NCBI GenBank assembly: GCA_012271135.1
Contig: JAAXGZ010000003.1
Location: 452-64,451 of the forward strand
DNA from: Caldilineales bacterium
GTDB lineage: Bacteria > Chloroflexota > Anaerolineae > Caldilineales > Caldilineaceae
DNA length: 64,000 bases
Direction: 5' to 3'
The notes under the pieces are model-generated. The model saw only the letters and a program-made list of their open reading frames with translations, ran no database searches and was not told the DNA's origin. Below, piece by piece: positions 37,129 through 46,793 of this stretch; the stretch's first letter is position 1; the number at the start of each line of letters is the position of its first letter. Position numbers and translations under genes: made by a program.

Positions 37129-38934
37129 TCAGCGCTGGTGCGACCGGAGGTGAGTCCAATCGTTGTCGATACCGTGCACGGAGCTCACTGCACCCTCGAT
37201 CGAAATCCTGCCTTCCTGTGTCTTTGCAATATGGAGGGCTATACAGGTCGCATCCGCCCTGTTGTCCAGTTCCACAAGCAGGCCCCGGCCGTATTGCTTG
37301 AGTGCAGCCTGGTCTTGTGCTTCCTGCAGGCTGCGGTTGTATTTCAGTTCCATAACGGCGATCCGGCCCCCGCATAGGGTTGCCAGATCGTAGCGTCCTG
37401 CCAGTTCGGCCTGTTCCGAACGCGGCATGACACCCATGCCTAGGAACAGGCCATGCAGTGCCGCATGGTAGGAGAACTCGTCGTCCATGATGTGGTAGGG
37501 AAAGGCATACAGGCAGTCCAACAGGGCTGTTGGAAGATCCTCATACTTTCCTGACACCAGGCACTTGTGCACGCGCTCGACGCCCGGCAACTGCTCACCC
37601 ACATGGACAAGGGCCAGATCCCTGAGCATGGTCCGCGAGACCTCGCGGTTGGGCCAACCCAGGCGTGCCGGGTGCCCATCCTGGGCAGGATGGTGTGTCA
37701 GGTAGCCGCTTTGCAGCATGAGCGACTTGAGGCCCGTTGCCTTGTTGCTGTAAAAGTCGGCATCCAACTCGTCGGGATGTGCGAAAGGAATCGAGTTCAC
37801 CGAGTTGGGTTGCTGCCTCAGGGCATCCACCAGTGTCTTGGATACCCCCGAGTCCGACCAGTGCGACGGGAATCCATGCATCCTGATACTGTCCCGCACG
37901 GCCGGGGTCACCAGGTCGGAAAGAGTGTTGCACAGCGACCACGGGTTGTAGACCGCCGGCCCCTGTCCGGCACGATCGAATCGATATCCGTTGTAGTAGG
38001 TTTGAAGCGACGCACGCAGCTCGTCGGTGGATTGCCTCAGGCTCTGCGCCGCCGCCTGGACGATGTTTGACAGAGGGGGTTGGTCCAGCTGGGCCTCGGT
38101 GAATCCGCACACACTGCCGAGATCCGCACGCCAGGTGCAGTCCTGCAGGTTGTTGAGTGCCGAAAACAGCTCTCCGTAGGCACGGCGTGTGATGCCGGTG
38201 ATCAGGACCTTGTGGAGAATCCCGTCACATTGCTTGAGAACCCGAAAAAAGTCGCGGAACAATCGGAAGTACGGGTCAACCTCCGACGGCCTCCGGCCAA
38301 GGAGCGACAGCAGTGGCGTATCGTATTCGTCCACCAGCACCACCGGGTCGTTGCATTCCACCTGTAGCGACTGGATCAGTTCGTCAAGCATGTCCTGGGC
38401 TGCAAACCGATAGCCTGTTGGTTCACGCAGGTGCTTCATGGAAATGCCGGGGTCGTATCCCCTGCAGTACCAGAGCAGGGCCTGTTGGGCAACATGCCTT
38501 TTGAGGGACAGCTCCATTTGACCGACGCTGGAACCGGTAATCCTGCTTAGGTCAAGCCGAATGACGGGATGGCGCGCAGAGGTTGTGAACGGCTGCTCCC
38601 ATGCCGTGCCGGCGAAAAGCTGTTCGTCCTGAACCTTTGGCATCGCCCGAATCGTTGATCGGGCAGGGTGTCTCACTCTCGGCAAGTCGCCTTGGAACAT
38701 GCACTCGATGGTCGAGTGCATCAGGGTCTTGCCGAAGCGGCGCGGCCGGGACAGGAACAGGAACTCGCCGGTATTCAGCAGTTGAGCCAGCTCGCTGGTC
38801 TTGTCGACGTAGGCGTGACGCTCGCGCCGCAGGCGCGCATAGTCGGAGATCCCGGGGCGCAGTCTCGGAACGGCCGGGGATTGCCCTTGCGTCTCGTCGG
38901 GATTGGTATGGATGTCCGGTTCGTCCGTCATCAT
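37129..38934 (-). CDS. AAA-ATPase_like (PF09820-type) N-domain plus PD-(D/E)XK nuclease (PDDEXK_9-type) C-domain protein
   Basis: 601 aa. N-terminal segment is ISDYARLRRERHAYVDKTSELAQLLNTGEFLFLSRPRRFGKTLMHSTIECMFQG. Also contains VVLVDEYDTPL. C-terminal segment is GRYDLATLCGGRIAVMELKYNRSLQEAQDQAALKQY. Confidence 0.8.
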   Translation of the reverse strand: MMTDEPDIHTNPDETQGQSPAVPRLRPGISDYARLRRERHAYVDKTSELAQLLNTGEFLFLSRPRRFGKTLMHSTIECMFQGDLPRVRHPARSTIRAMPKVQDEQLFAGTAWEQPFTTSARHPVIRLDLSRITGSSVGQMELSLKRHVAQQALLWYCRGYDPGISMKHLREPTGYRFAAQDMLDELIQSLQVECNDPVVLVDEYDTPLLSLLGRRPSEVDPYFRLFRDFFRVLKQCDGILHKVLITGITRRAYGELFSALNNLQDCTWRADLGSVCGFTEAQLDQPPLSNIVQAAAQSLRQSTDELRASLQTYYNGYRFDRAGQGPAVYNPWSLCNTLSDLVTPAVRDSIRMHGFPSHWSDSGVSKTLVDALRQQPNSVNSIPFAHPDELDADFYSNKATGLKSLMLQSGYLTHHPAQDGHPARLGWPNREVSRTMLRDLALVHVGEQLPGVERVHKCLVSGKYEDLPTALLDCLYAFPYHIMDDEFSYHAALHGLFLGMGVMPRSEQAELAGRYDLATLCGGRIAVMELKYNRSLQEAQDQAALKQYGRGLLVELDNRADATCIALHIAKTQEGRISIEGAVSSVHGIDNDWTHLRSHQR

Positions 38935-39266
38935 GCACTGCGTTCGGTTGGAGGGGCCCAGTTGGCGTCAAGCCCAGTGGATTGTAGTGCGCCGTTCAGG
39001 CCGGCACAGGCTCAATCCGAACTCCGCCTCGGTTACACGACCAAGGGAGAGCCGAGACGCTGCAGTGCAGGCTTCGGAAAACCTGGGACGGTGAAGCCAT
39101 TCGCGAGGTGCTGAAGACGCATGAAGAGCCGCTGCCGTGGCTGCGAGACTACATTCGGGATGTTGTTGAGGATTTGGAAACCGGGGATGCGCCAGTCGGT
39201 TGTGGAAGGCACAGCGCGGCCGGGTAGAATGGATTCCCGGTATGGAACGGGAGGCGAAACATAGCG

Positions 39267-40457
39267 GTGGTTGATATGCGAATACGACCGCAGGCCGCAG
39301 CGATCCCGACTGCTGTGGCCGATCCGGATTGGGGACAGGGGCGGCCGGACCCCCGCGCCTTGGCGGTGGCCCAGGAATTGCAGGAGCGGTTGCCGGATAC
39401 CCAAGTGATGCTCTTCGGCAGCCGGGCGGGGGGCCGATGGCGGCCGCGGTCTGATCTCGACTTGGCTGTGATTGGCATGGAAGAAGACCTGGAATCGGAA
39501 TCTTCCTTGCGGAACACGGCCAAGGCCATGGCTGGAGACCTATATGACAGACCGCCAGATATCCAGATTTTCCCTATTCCACGTTCCGAATTTGAGAAGT
39601 TTCGCACTTCCCTACCCCACATCGCAGGGCAGGTACAGAGCCGAGGACTTACACCGGAAGGAGAGCACCTTCCCCTCATGACGCAAGACAACCCGTGGCC
39701 CGGAGTCCGGACATTGCTGCAATCCACCCGGCGCCACTTGGAGAGAGCCTTGGGCAACTTGGAACAATATCCCGACGAAGCAGTGTTCCATGCTCATTCA
39801 GCATTGGAAACAGTTCTCAAGGCGGCTCTGGGCGCGGCGAAGGTAGATTTCGAATTTACCCACAATCTGCAGGATTTGGTAAGGCAAGCGAGAGAAGAGG
39901 CGCCGGCCACCCTCTTGGCGTCAATGGAGGGCTTCCCGTCTGCCGCCCAACTGAATGAGTGGACGAAGTTTCGACTACAGGTCCCCTACAGCGGAGAAAC
40001 CGTGCCTTGGCCAGCAGATTCGGCTGAAGAGATCGTTGGCACCGTACAACGACTGAGCGGGATTCTGGCAGGGCACGCGCTGGAGTCGCTGGGCAAGTCC
40101 CCACACGATGTTGGTTACGCGGAGTGGCTGGGGAATGGCCCCTTGGCCGGTTGGGAATCGCTGCCTCTGGACTATTTTTCGCAGGCGGAGGTGGAAGAAC
40201 GGATCATCCAAGAAATCCGGGCAGCGGAACGGACCGACTTGGCTGTCGCGACACTGCGCGTGTTCCTGGGGAGTGACTTGACCCCGGCCGTCCTGGATCG
40301 GATCGAGGCCGCATGGCGCGCAGAAGGGCCGCCGCCGGACTATCTGCAAAATCTCAAGGACGCGCAACAGGCACCGGACAATTGGCGTTCCCTGCTGTTG
40401 TCGGATCACCATGAGCCGGATACCGACCGCGCGTCGAACGATAGATACTGCGTCTGA
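39267..40457 (+). CDS. fused minimal nucleotidyltransferase (MNT) - HEPN protein carrying the Uma2-type C-terminal module
   Basis: NTase motif MLFGSRAGGRWRPRSDLDLAV. HEPN-like helices HAHSALETVLKAALGAAKVDFEFTHNLQDLVRQA. The C-terminus LAVATLRVFLGSDLTPAVLDRIEAAWRAEGPPPDYLQNLKDAQQAPDNWRSLL aligns to the tails of both Uma2 proteins. Confidence 0.75.
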   Translation: MVDMRIRPQAAAIPTAVADPDWGQGRPDPRALAVAQELQERLPDTQVMLFGSRAGGRWRPRSDLDLAVIGMEEDLESESSLRNTAKAMAGDLYDRPPDIQIFPIPRSEFEKFRTSLPHIAGQVQSRGLTPEGEHLPLMTQDNPWPGVRTLLQSTRRHLERALGNLEQYPDEAVFHAHSALETVLKAALGAAKVDFEFTHNLQDLVRQAREEAPATLLASMEGFPSAAQLNEWTKFRLQVPYSGETVPWPADSAEEIVGTVQRLSGILAGHALESLGKSPHDVGYAEWLGNGPLAGWESLPLDYFSQAEVEERIIQEIRAAERTDLAVATLRVFLGSDLTPAVLDRIEAAWRAEGPPPDYLQNLKDAQQAPDNWRSLLLSDHHEPDTDRASNDRYCV

Positions 40458-40700
40458 TCCCCCTTGAGTGCCAGGACATGGTCCGCACCGCGGTCGCGGA
40501 GCGCCTGCGCTATCTGCATCCGGTACTCCATGGCATCGATTGTCACGATGTAGCCCCCGGTAGCAACATCGACCACGCCGGGATAGCCATGATTCCGTTG
40601 GATCTGTCGTCTACCCGGTACCGTCTCAGCGTAAGAAGCTGACCGGGTACAGGGACACGACAGTGGGAACGGCCATGATGGTGGTTTCCGGGTGGGACGA
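40458..40700 (-). mobile_element. internal fragment of an ISAs1-family transposase gene (right island border)
   Basis: Minus-strand pieces read VDDRSNGIMAIPAWSMLLPGA and GGYIVTIDAMEYRMQIAQALRDRGADHVLALKGDQ. These match the KSNEI.AIP and TIDAMGCQ..IA..I...GADY.LALKGNQ signature. No element ends are present. Confidence 0.55.
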
Positions 40701-40847
40701 AGACCACCCATCCCATGGTTGCCCCCCCCAAGTTGAATGCGATTCCCCTGCGCGGAACACAGGGTACTGTGGGATGTGTGGCAAATTTTCTTTATACTTG
40801 GCGGACTGTATCCACCTTGTCCCAAGGACCTTTCACGGACGAACAGC

Positions 40848-43325
40848 ATGTCTACCGAAATTCCCCGCTACAACCCGGCGGCCATTGAGGCCAAGTGGCA
40901 GCAGGAATGGGAACGGTTGGGCTTGTATCGCACCGTGGAGGATCCCGACCGGCCCAAGTGGTACGCGCTGACCATGCTCCCGTACCCTTCCGGGGACCTG
41001 CACGTAGGGCACTGGTACGCCATGACACCCAGCGACACGGCAGCCCGTTACCGGCGCATGCAGGGGGCCAACGTCTTCTTTCCGATTGGGTTCGACGCCT
41101 TCGGCCTGCCGGCAGAGAACGCGGCCATCGCCCACGGTATCAATCCGCGGATTTGGACCTACGACAACATCGACAACATGCGTCACCAGCTGCGGCAGAT
41201 GGGTGCGATGTGGGCCTGGGACCGCGAGGCGGTCACCTGCGAGCCCGGGTATTACAAGTGGTCGCAGTGGTTTTTCCTGCGCCTGCTGGAGGCCGATCTC
41301 GCCTACCGCGAGAAGGCGCCCGTGGACTGGTGTCCGAACTGCAATACCACCCTGGCCCGCGAACAGGTTTGGGGCGAGGACAAGCACTGTGAACGGTGCG
41401 GCACGCCGGTCATCCAGAAGGAACTGGAACAGTGGAAGTTCCGCATCACCAACTACGCGGACGAACTACTGGCCGATCTCGAGAATATCGAGTGGCCCGA
41501 TCCGGTCAAGATCATGCAGACCAACTGGATCGGCCGCAGCACGGGTGCCCAAGTGGCCTTCCATACGGAGGACGGCGAGCCCATTGAGATCTTCACGACG
41601 CGCCCGGATACGCTGTGGGGAGCCACGTTCATGGTGCTGGCACCCGAACATCCACTTGTTTCCCAAATCACGACCGACGACCGACGGGCCACGATCGAGG
41701 ATTATGTGGAGAACTCAGCGCGCCTCAACGAAGCCGTTCGCACGGACATCGGTCGAGAGAAGACCGGCGAGTTCACGGGAGCGTATGCCGTCAACCCCGT
41801 CAATGGAGCCCGCATTCCAATTTGGATCGCGGACTACGTGATGCTGGGCTACGGTACGGGTGCCATCATGGCCGTGCCCGGCCACGACGAACGCGACTTT
41901 GCCTTCGCCGAGCAGTTTGGCCTGGACATCGTGCGGGTGATTTCGGGCCCGGACGGGGCCACGGGACCCCTGACCGAGGCCTGGCCCTCCAAGGAAGATG
42001 GAGCGATGATGAACAGCGGCGAGTTCGATGGCACCCCGGTTGTGGGAGCCGCGGACAAGGTCATTGCCTGGCTGGAGGAAACCGGCAAGGGCCGCGCCCA
42101 GGTCAACTACCGGCTGCACGACTGGCTCATCTCCCGCCAGCGCATGTGGGGCACGCCCATCCCGATTGTCTATTGCGCCGATTGCGGGACGGTGTCGGTG
42201 CCCTACGACCAGCTTCCCGTGTGCCTGCCGGAGAAGACCGAGTTCCAGCCCTCCGGCGAGAACGCCCTGCTGCATACGCCGTCGTTCCTGAACACGGAAT
42301 GCCCGCAATGCGGCCGGGAGGCCAAGCGCGAAACAGACACGATGGACACCTTCATGTGCTCGTCGTGGTACCAGTACGCCTACGTGGCCCCCTACTGGGG
42401 CGACGGCAAGCCCCTGACACGCGACGCGCGCCCTTGGAGCCGCGAGGCTGGGGACTACTGGCTGCCCGTGGATCAGTACACCGGCGGCATCGAGCACGCC
42501 ACCATGCACCTGCTCTACACGCGGTTCTTTACCAAGGCCCTGCGCGATCTGGGCGTGGTGGACTTCGATGAACCAATGGACCGGCTCTTCAACCAAGGCA
42601 TGATTCTGGGTGCCGATTCCGAGAAGATGTCCAAGAGCCGAGGCAACGTGGTGGATCCGGACGATGTCGTGCAGCGGTACGGCGCGGACACGGTGCGCGG
42701 CTACCTGATGTTCATCGGACCCTGGGATCAGGGCGGACCCTGGGACCCGCAGCGCATCGAGGGCGTACGCCGTTTTCTCAACCGGGTTTGGACCGTGGTG
42801 ACAGAGCCGGTCGAGGCGAGTTCGCAGGATGCATCCGCCGCGCGCCAGCTGGAACAGAAGCTGCATGCCACCATTGCCAAGGTGACCGCCGATCTGGATC
42901 ACTTCCGCTTCAACACGGCCATCTCGGCCCTGATGGAGCTCAACAACCAGATGATGAAGGTTAGGACGACCGCGGTTGCCGACACTGCGCTTTGGACGCA
43001 GGCCGTGGATTCGATGTGCCTGATGATGGCGCCGTTCTTCCCTCACATCGCCGAGGAGCTCTGGTATCTCACGGGTAACAAGGACAGTGTCCACCTGCAG
43101 AACTGGCCCGTTCACGACGAGGAACTGGCCCGGGCCAATGAGATCACCATCGTGGTGCAGGTCAACGGCAAGGTCCGCGCAACCGTGGAGGTCGAGCAGG
43201 GCATGGCTCCGGAAGGCCTGGAGGCGCTGGCACTGGAACAGCCGAACGTGCAGCCCTACCTGGACGGCAGGGAACTGCGCAAGGCCATCGTGGTCCCGGA
43301 CAAGCTTGTCAATCTGGTAGTTTGA
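40848..43325 (+). CDS. leuS: leucine--tRNA ligase
   Basis: ATG at 40848. Contains MSTEIPRYNPAAIEAKWQQEWERLGLY, the HIGH-type motif PYPSGDLHVGHWY, the KMSKS motif SEKMSKSRGNVV, and the CP1 editing-domain Zn motif CERCG. 825 aa. Confidence 0.95.
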   Translation: MSTEIPRYNPAAIEAKWQQEWERLGLYRTVEDPDRPKWYALTMLPYPSGDLHVGHWYAMTPSDTAARYRRMQGANVFFPIGFDAFGLPAENAAIAHGINPRIWTYDNIDNMRHQLRQMGAMWAWDREAVTCEPGYYKWSQWFFLRLLEADLAYREKAPVDWCPNCNTTLAREQVWGEDKHCERCGTPVIQKELEQWKFRITNYADELLADLENIEWPDPVKIMQTNWIGRSTGAQVAFHTEDGEPIEIFTTRPDTLWGATFMVLAPEHPLVSQITTDDRRATIEDYVENSARLNEAVRTDIGREKTGEFTGAYAVNPVNGARIPIWIADYVMLGYGTGAIMAVPGHDERDFAFAEQFGLDIVRVISGPDGATGPLTEAWPSKEDGAMMNSGEFDGTPVVGAADKVIAWLEETGKGRAQVNYRLHDWLISRQRMWGTPIPIVYCADCGTVSVPYDQLPVCLPEKTEFQPSGENALLHTPSFLNTECPQCGREAKRETDTMDTFMCSSWYQYAYVAPYWGDGKPLTRDARPWSREAGDYWLPVDQYTGGIEHATMHLLYTRFFTKALRDLGVVDFDEPMDRLFNQGMILGADSEKMSKSRGNVVDPDDVVQRYGADTVRGYLMFIGPWDQGGPWDPQRIEGVRRFLNRVWTVVTEPVEASSQDASAARQLEQKLHATIAKVTADLDHFRFNTAISALMELNNQMMKVRTTAVADTALWTQAVDSMCLMMAPFFPHIAEELWYLTGNKDSVHLQNWPVHDEELARANEITIVVQVNGKVRATVEVEQGMAPEGLEALALEQPNVQPYLDGRELRKAIVVPDKLVNLVV

Positions 43326-43372
43326 GCCGCCCTGCATCCCGCTTAGCCGTTGCCGCAACGGAGTTCCCCCGC

Positions 43373-43729
43373 ATGGACGACTGCCTGTTCTGCCGCATCA
43401 TCAAGGGCAAACTGCCGGCGAAGATCGCCTATCAGGACGATTTGGTGACTGCCTTCCACGACATCGATCCCCAGGCCCCGGTCCACATCCTGGTGGTACC
43501 CAACCAACACTCCGAGAGCTTGGCGGAGATGGGCGATGCGGACGCCGAAAGCCTCGGGCGCGTGGTGGAGGTGCTGAACAAGGTGGCGGAGCAGGAAGGC
43601 GTGGCTGCAAGCGGCTACCGCACTCTGGTCAACACGGGTCCGGACGCCAACCAGATCGTGATGCACACCCACTTTCATCTGCTGGCCGGCAAGCCGCTTG
43701 GCCCCATGCTGAGCGCGTTCATCGACTGA
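43373..43729 (+). CDS. HIT-family (histidine triad) nucleotide hydrolase
   Basis: [23 protein letters not shown]...APVHILVVP...HTHFHLLAG (HxHxHxx triad). Confidence 0.9.
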   Translation: MDDCLFCRIIKGKLPAKIAYQDDLVTAFHDIDPQAPVHILVVPNQHSESLAEMGDADAESLGRVVEVLNKVAEQEGVAASGYRTLVNTGPDANQIVMHTHFHLLAGKPLGPMLSAFID

Positions 43730-43778
43730 TATTCAACCGGAAGCGGCGGTGGCCGGAGTCCGGACCGAAGGGAACCAC

Positions 43779-45014
43779 ATGGGCATGACTGGCAGCGACA
43801 AGAAGGTTCGGAAGACCGCCCTCGCCTATTCGGGCGGGTTGGATACGAGCGTGGCCGTGCCCTGGCTGCGCAACAACTACGGATGCGAGGTGGTGTGCTT
43901 CTGTGCCAATCTCGGCCAGGAGGACGAACTGGATGGCTTGGAGGACAAGGCCAGGGCATCCGGGGCCAGCAAGTGCATCGTGCGTGATGTTAGGGAGGAA
44001 TTCCTGACCGACTTCGCCTTTCCGACCCTGCGGGCCGGCGCCATTTACGAACGGGACTATCTGCTCGGAACCTCGATGGCCCGTCCCCTGATTGCCAGGC
44101 ACCTGGTGGACGTGGCGCGCGCGGAAGGCTGCGACGCCATTGCCCACGGCGCCACCGGCAAGGGTAACGACCAGGTTCGCTTCGAGCTGACCGTCATGGC
44201 CCTGGAACCGTCCCTGCGCATCATTGCACCGTGGCGCGAGTGGAACATCAGGGGACGCGTGGACGCTCTGGAATACGCGGAGGAGTGGAACGTGCCGGTC
44301 AAGGCCACGGCCGACCGCATCTACAGCCAGGACACGAACCTGTGGCACCTCAGCAACGAGGGCGGTCCGCTGGAGGATCCTTGGAACGAGCCGCCCAAGG
44401 ACATGTTCGAGTGGACGGCGGCCCCCGAGGATGCTCCAGACAAGCCGGTTGAACTAACGCTGGGCTATGTCAAGGGTGTTCCGTGCTTTCTGAACGGACA
44501 GAACATGGATCCCGTGTCCCTGCTCAAGGAACTCAATGCCTTGGGAGCGATTCACGGAGTGGGACGGGTCGACCTGGTCGAGAACCGCTTGGTCGGCATG
44601 AAGAGCCGGGGTGTGTACGAAACCCCGGGCGGTACCATTCTCTATCGCGGGCACCAGGCCCTGGAGCAATTGTGCCTGGACCGTGAGACCCTGCACCACA
44701 AGGAGCAGATGGGCCTGAAGTTCGCGGAACTGGTCTACAACGGCCAGTGGTACACCCCCCTTCGGGAGGCCATCACCGCCTATGTGGAGAGCACACAGGC
44801 CACGGTCACGGGCGAGGTGCGTCTGAAGCTGTACAAGGGGAATGTCATCCTGGCCGGCCGGCGCAGCCCGCACAGCCTGTATCGCGAGGACTACGTGACC
44901 TTCGAGGAGGACGACGTCTACGATCAGGAAGACGCGGAGGGTTTCATTCGCCTGTTCGGCCTGCCGCTCAAGGTGCAGGCCTTGGTGCGGTCCGACGGGG
45001 CCGCTTCCGACTGA
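43779..45014 (+). CDS. argG: argininosuccinate synthase
   Basis: [17 protein letters not shown] (ATP pyrophosphatase P-loop), [39 protein letters not shown]. The ATG at 43779 is preceded by aaggga; the ATG at 43785 is also possible. Confidence 0.93.
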   Translation: MGMTGSDKKVRKTALAYSGGLDTSVAVPWLRNNYGCEVVCFCANLGQEDELDGLEDKARASGASKCIVRDVREEFLTDFAFPTLRAGAIYERDYLLGTSMARPLIARHLVDVARAEGCDAIAHGATGKGNDQVRFELTVMALEPSLRIIAPWREWNIRGRVDALEYAEEWNVPVKATADRIYSQDTNLWHLSNEGGPLEDPWNEPPKDMFEWTAAPEDAPDKPVELTLGYVKGVPCFLNGQNMDPVSLLKELNALGAIHGVGRVDLVENRLVGMKSRGVYETPGGTILYRGHQALEQLCLDRETLHHKEQMGLKFAELVYNGQWYTPLREAITAYVESTQATVTGEVRLKLYKGNVILAGRRSPHSLYREDYVTFEEDDVYDQEDAEGFIRLFGLPLKVQALVRSDGAASD

Positions 45015-45073
45015 ACCACTGAATTCAGGGAGCCGGCCAATCCGGCACCCCTGCCAAGACAAGGAGCAACCCG

Positions 45074-46315
45074 ATGGCCGTAGGCGGAGAAATCGGATAC
45101 ACAGGGGCACAGGCTGCCGTTCCCGGATTCGATGCGGCCGGGGTGGCGGCCGGCATCAAGCCGACCGGGGATCTGGACATGTCGGTGATTGCCAGCCCGA
45201 CTCCCTGCATGGCCGCGGCTACTTTCACGCAATGCAAGTTCCCGGCCGCCCCGGTTCTGTATGATCGGCAGGTGGTGGACTTCAATCCCTCTGGCATTCA
45301 CGGGGTGGTGGTCAACAGCGGCTGTGCCAACGCCTGCACCGGCCCGGAGGGCATGGCCAACGCCCGCATGATGGCCGAATCCTTGGAGAAGGCCATCGGC
45401 AGCGGTGACTCGACCACGCTGGTCATGAGCACCGGCGTGATTGGCGTGCAGCTGCCCATGGATCGCATTCGGGCCGGAGTGCCCGCCGCCGTGGACAAAC
45501 TGAAGCCCGAAGGCTGGCATGATGCCGCCCGCGGCATCATGACCACGGACACCTTTCCCAAGCTCTACACGGGTGGCGTGGCGCTGGATGGCGAGGAGGT
45601 TCGGATCTCCGGCATCTCCAAGGGCGCCGGCATGATTCATCCCGACATGGCGACCATGCTGAGTGTGATGACAACCAACGCCGCGGTCACCGCGCCGGTA
45701 CTCCAGGCTGCCCTGTCGGCTGCAGTGCACAAGAGCTTCAACTGCATTAGCGTCGACGGCGACACGAGTACCAACGACACCGTCCTCCTGCTGGCCAGCG
45801 GCCAAGGTTCGGCGCCGGTCATCGACAAGACCGAAGGTCCGCTGTGGGACGCGTTCCTGGCCGGGTTGACGGAAGCTTCCATTGAGCTTTCCCGGGCCAT
45901 CGTGCGCGACGGGGAAGGGGCCACCAAGGTGGTTTCGATCGAAGTGGTGGGTGCCAAATCCGACGAGGATGCCCACAATGCGGCCCGTCGGGTTTCGATC
46001 AGCCCGTTGGTCAAGACCGCTTTCTACGGCGGCGATGCCAACTGGGGTCGCATTCTGTGCGCGGCCGGAAACTCGGACGCCGAAATCGCCCCGGAGGAGA
46101 CCAATCTGTTCATTGCCGCCAATGGCGGTCCCGAGTTGCAACTGGTGGCTCAGGGCACCCCGTTGAACTACGCCGAAGAGGATGCCGCCGCCATCTTTGC
46201 CGAGATCGAGGTGGGGGTTCGAATCGACCTGGGATTGGGACAGGGAGAGGCCACTGTCTGGACCTGCGACTTCAGCCATGAGTACGTCACCATCAACGGC
46301 GACTACAGAACCTGA
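45074..46315 (+). CDS. argJ: bifunctional glutamate N-acetyltransferase / amino-acid acetyltransferase
   Basis: Autoprocessing site KGAGMIHPDMATMLSVMTTNA, plus DGDTSTNDTVLLLASG. The start codon is preceded by aaggag. Confidence 0.93.
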   Translation: MAVGGEIGYTGAQAAVPGFDAAGVAAGIKPTGDLDMSVIASPTPCMAAATFTQCKFPAAPVLYDRQVVDFNPSGIHGVVVNSGCANACTGPEGMANARMMAESLEKAIGSGDSTTLVMSTGVIGVQLPMDRIRAGVPAAVDKLKPEGWHDAARGIMTTDTFPKLYTGGVALDGEEVRISGISKGAGMIHPDMATMLSVMTTNAAVTAPVLQAALSAAVHKSFNCISVDGDTSTNDTVLLLASGQGSAPVIDKTEGPLWDAFLAGLTEASIELSRAIVRDGEGATKVVSIEVVGAKSDEDAHNAARRVSISPLVKTAFYGGDANWGRILCAAGNSDAEIAPEETNLFIAANGGPELQLVAQGTPLNYAEEDAAAIFAEIEVGVRIDLGLGQGEATVWTCDFSHEYVTINGDYRT

Positions 46316-46793
46316 ACCTACCGGGAATGCCAGGCTGTCCGCCTTCTGGTGACGGGCTTCACCTGCGCATTCCCAGATGCTTGCACGTCTTTTTGGGCAA
46401 TCCGTTGTGACAGGGCGTGAGCGGTTATTGAAGTCCTCGCAGGTATGCCGTACGCCACGTCCGTGGCCAGTAGTGCGGCATACCGTCGGAACTGTCCGGA
46501 AATCTCAGATCTCGGCTGCTTAACGGCTCCGCGTCAGCCACCCTTGTGGCCCCAGACGATCTGCGAGCCCAAGCCACCGGTTTGGATCATGGGCAGTTCC
46601 TTGCTGGATTCACCTCGTATGGATGTTCTGCCATGACGCGGTGCTCAGGCTGTGGTCCAACGGCTACTTTGGAGGTGGATCTTCGCCCTGACGCGACTTT
46701 GTCAACGTCCTGCGGGCATGGTAATCAGGCGTAACCCGGTGCTGGGACGTGCCCGGAAGCGACTACAGTGGACCGGAAAACCGTCCACCCCGC

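Noticed and set aside
40700-40847. T-box leader upstream of leuS.
   Set aside because: The region is too short and lacks the T-box sequence and a specifier/antiterminator architecture.
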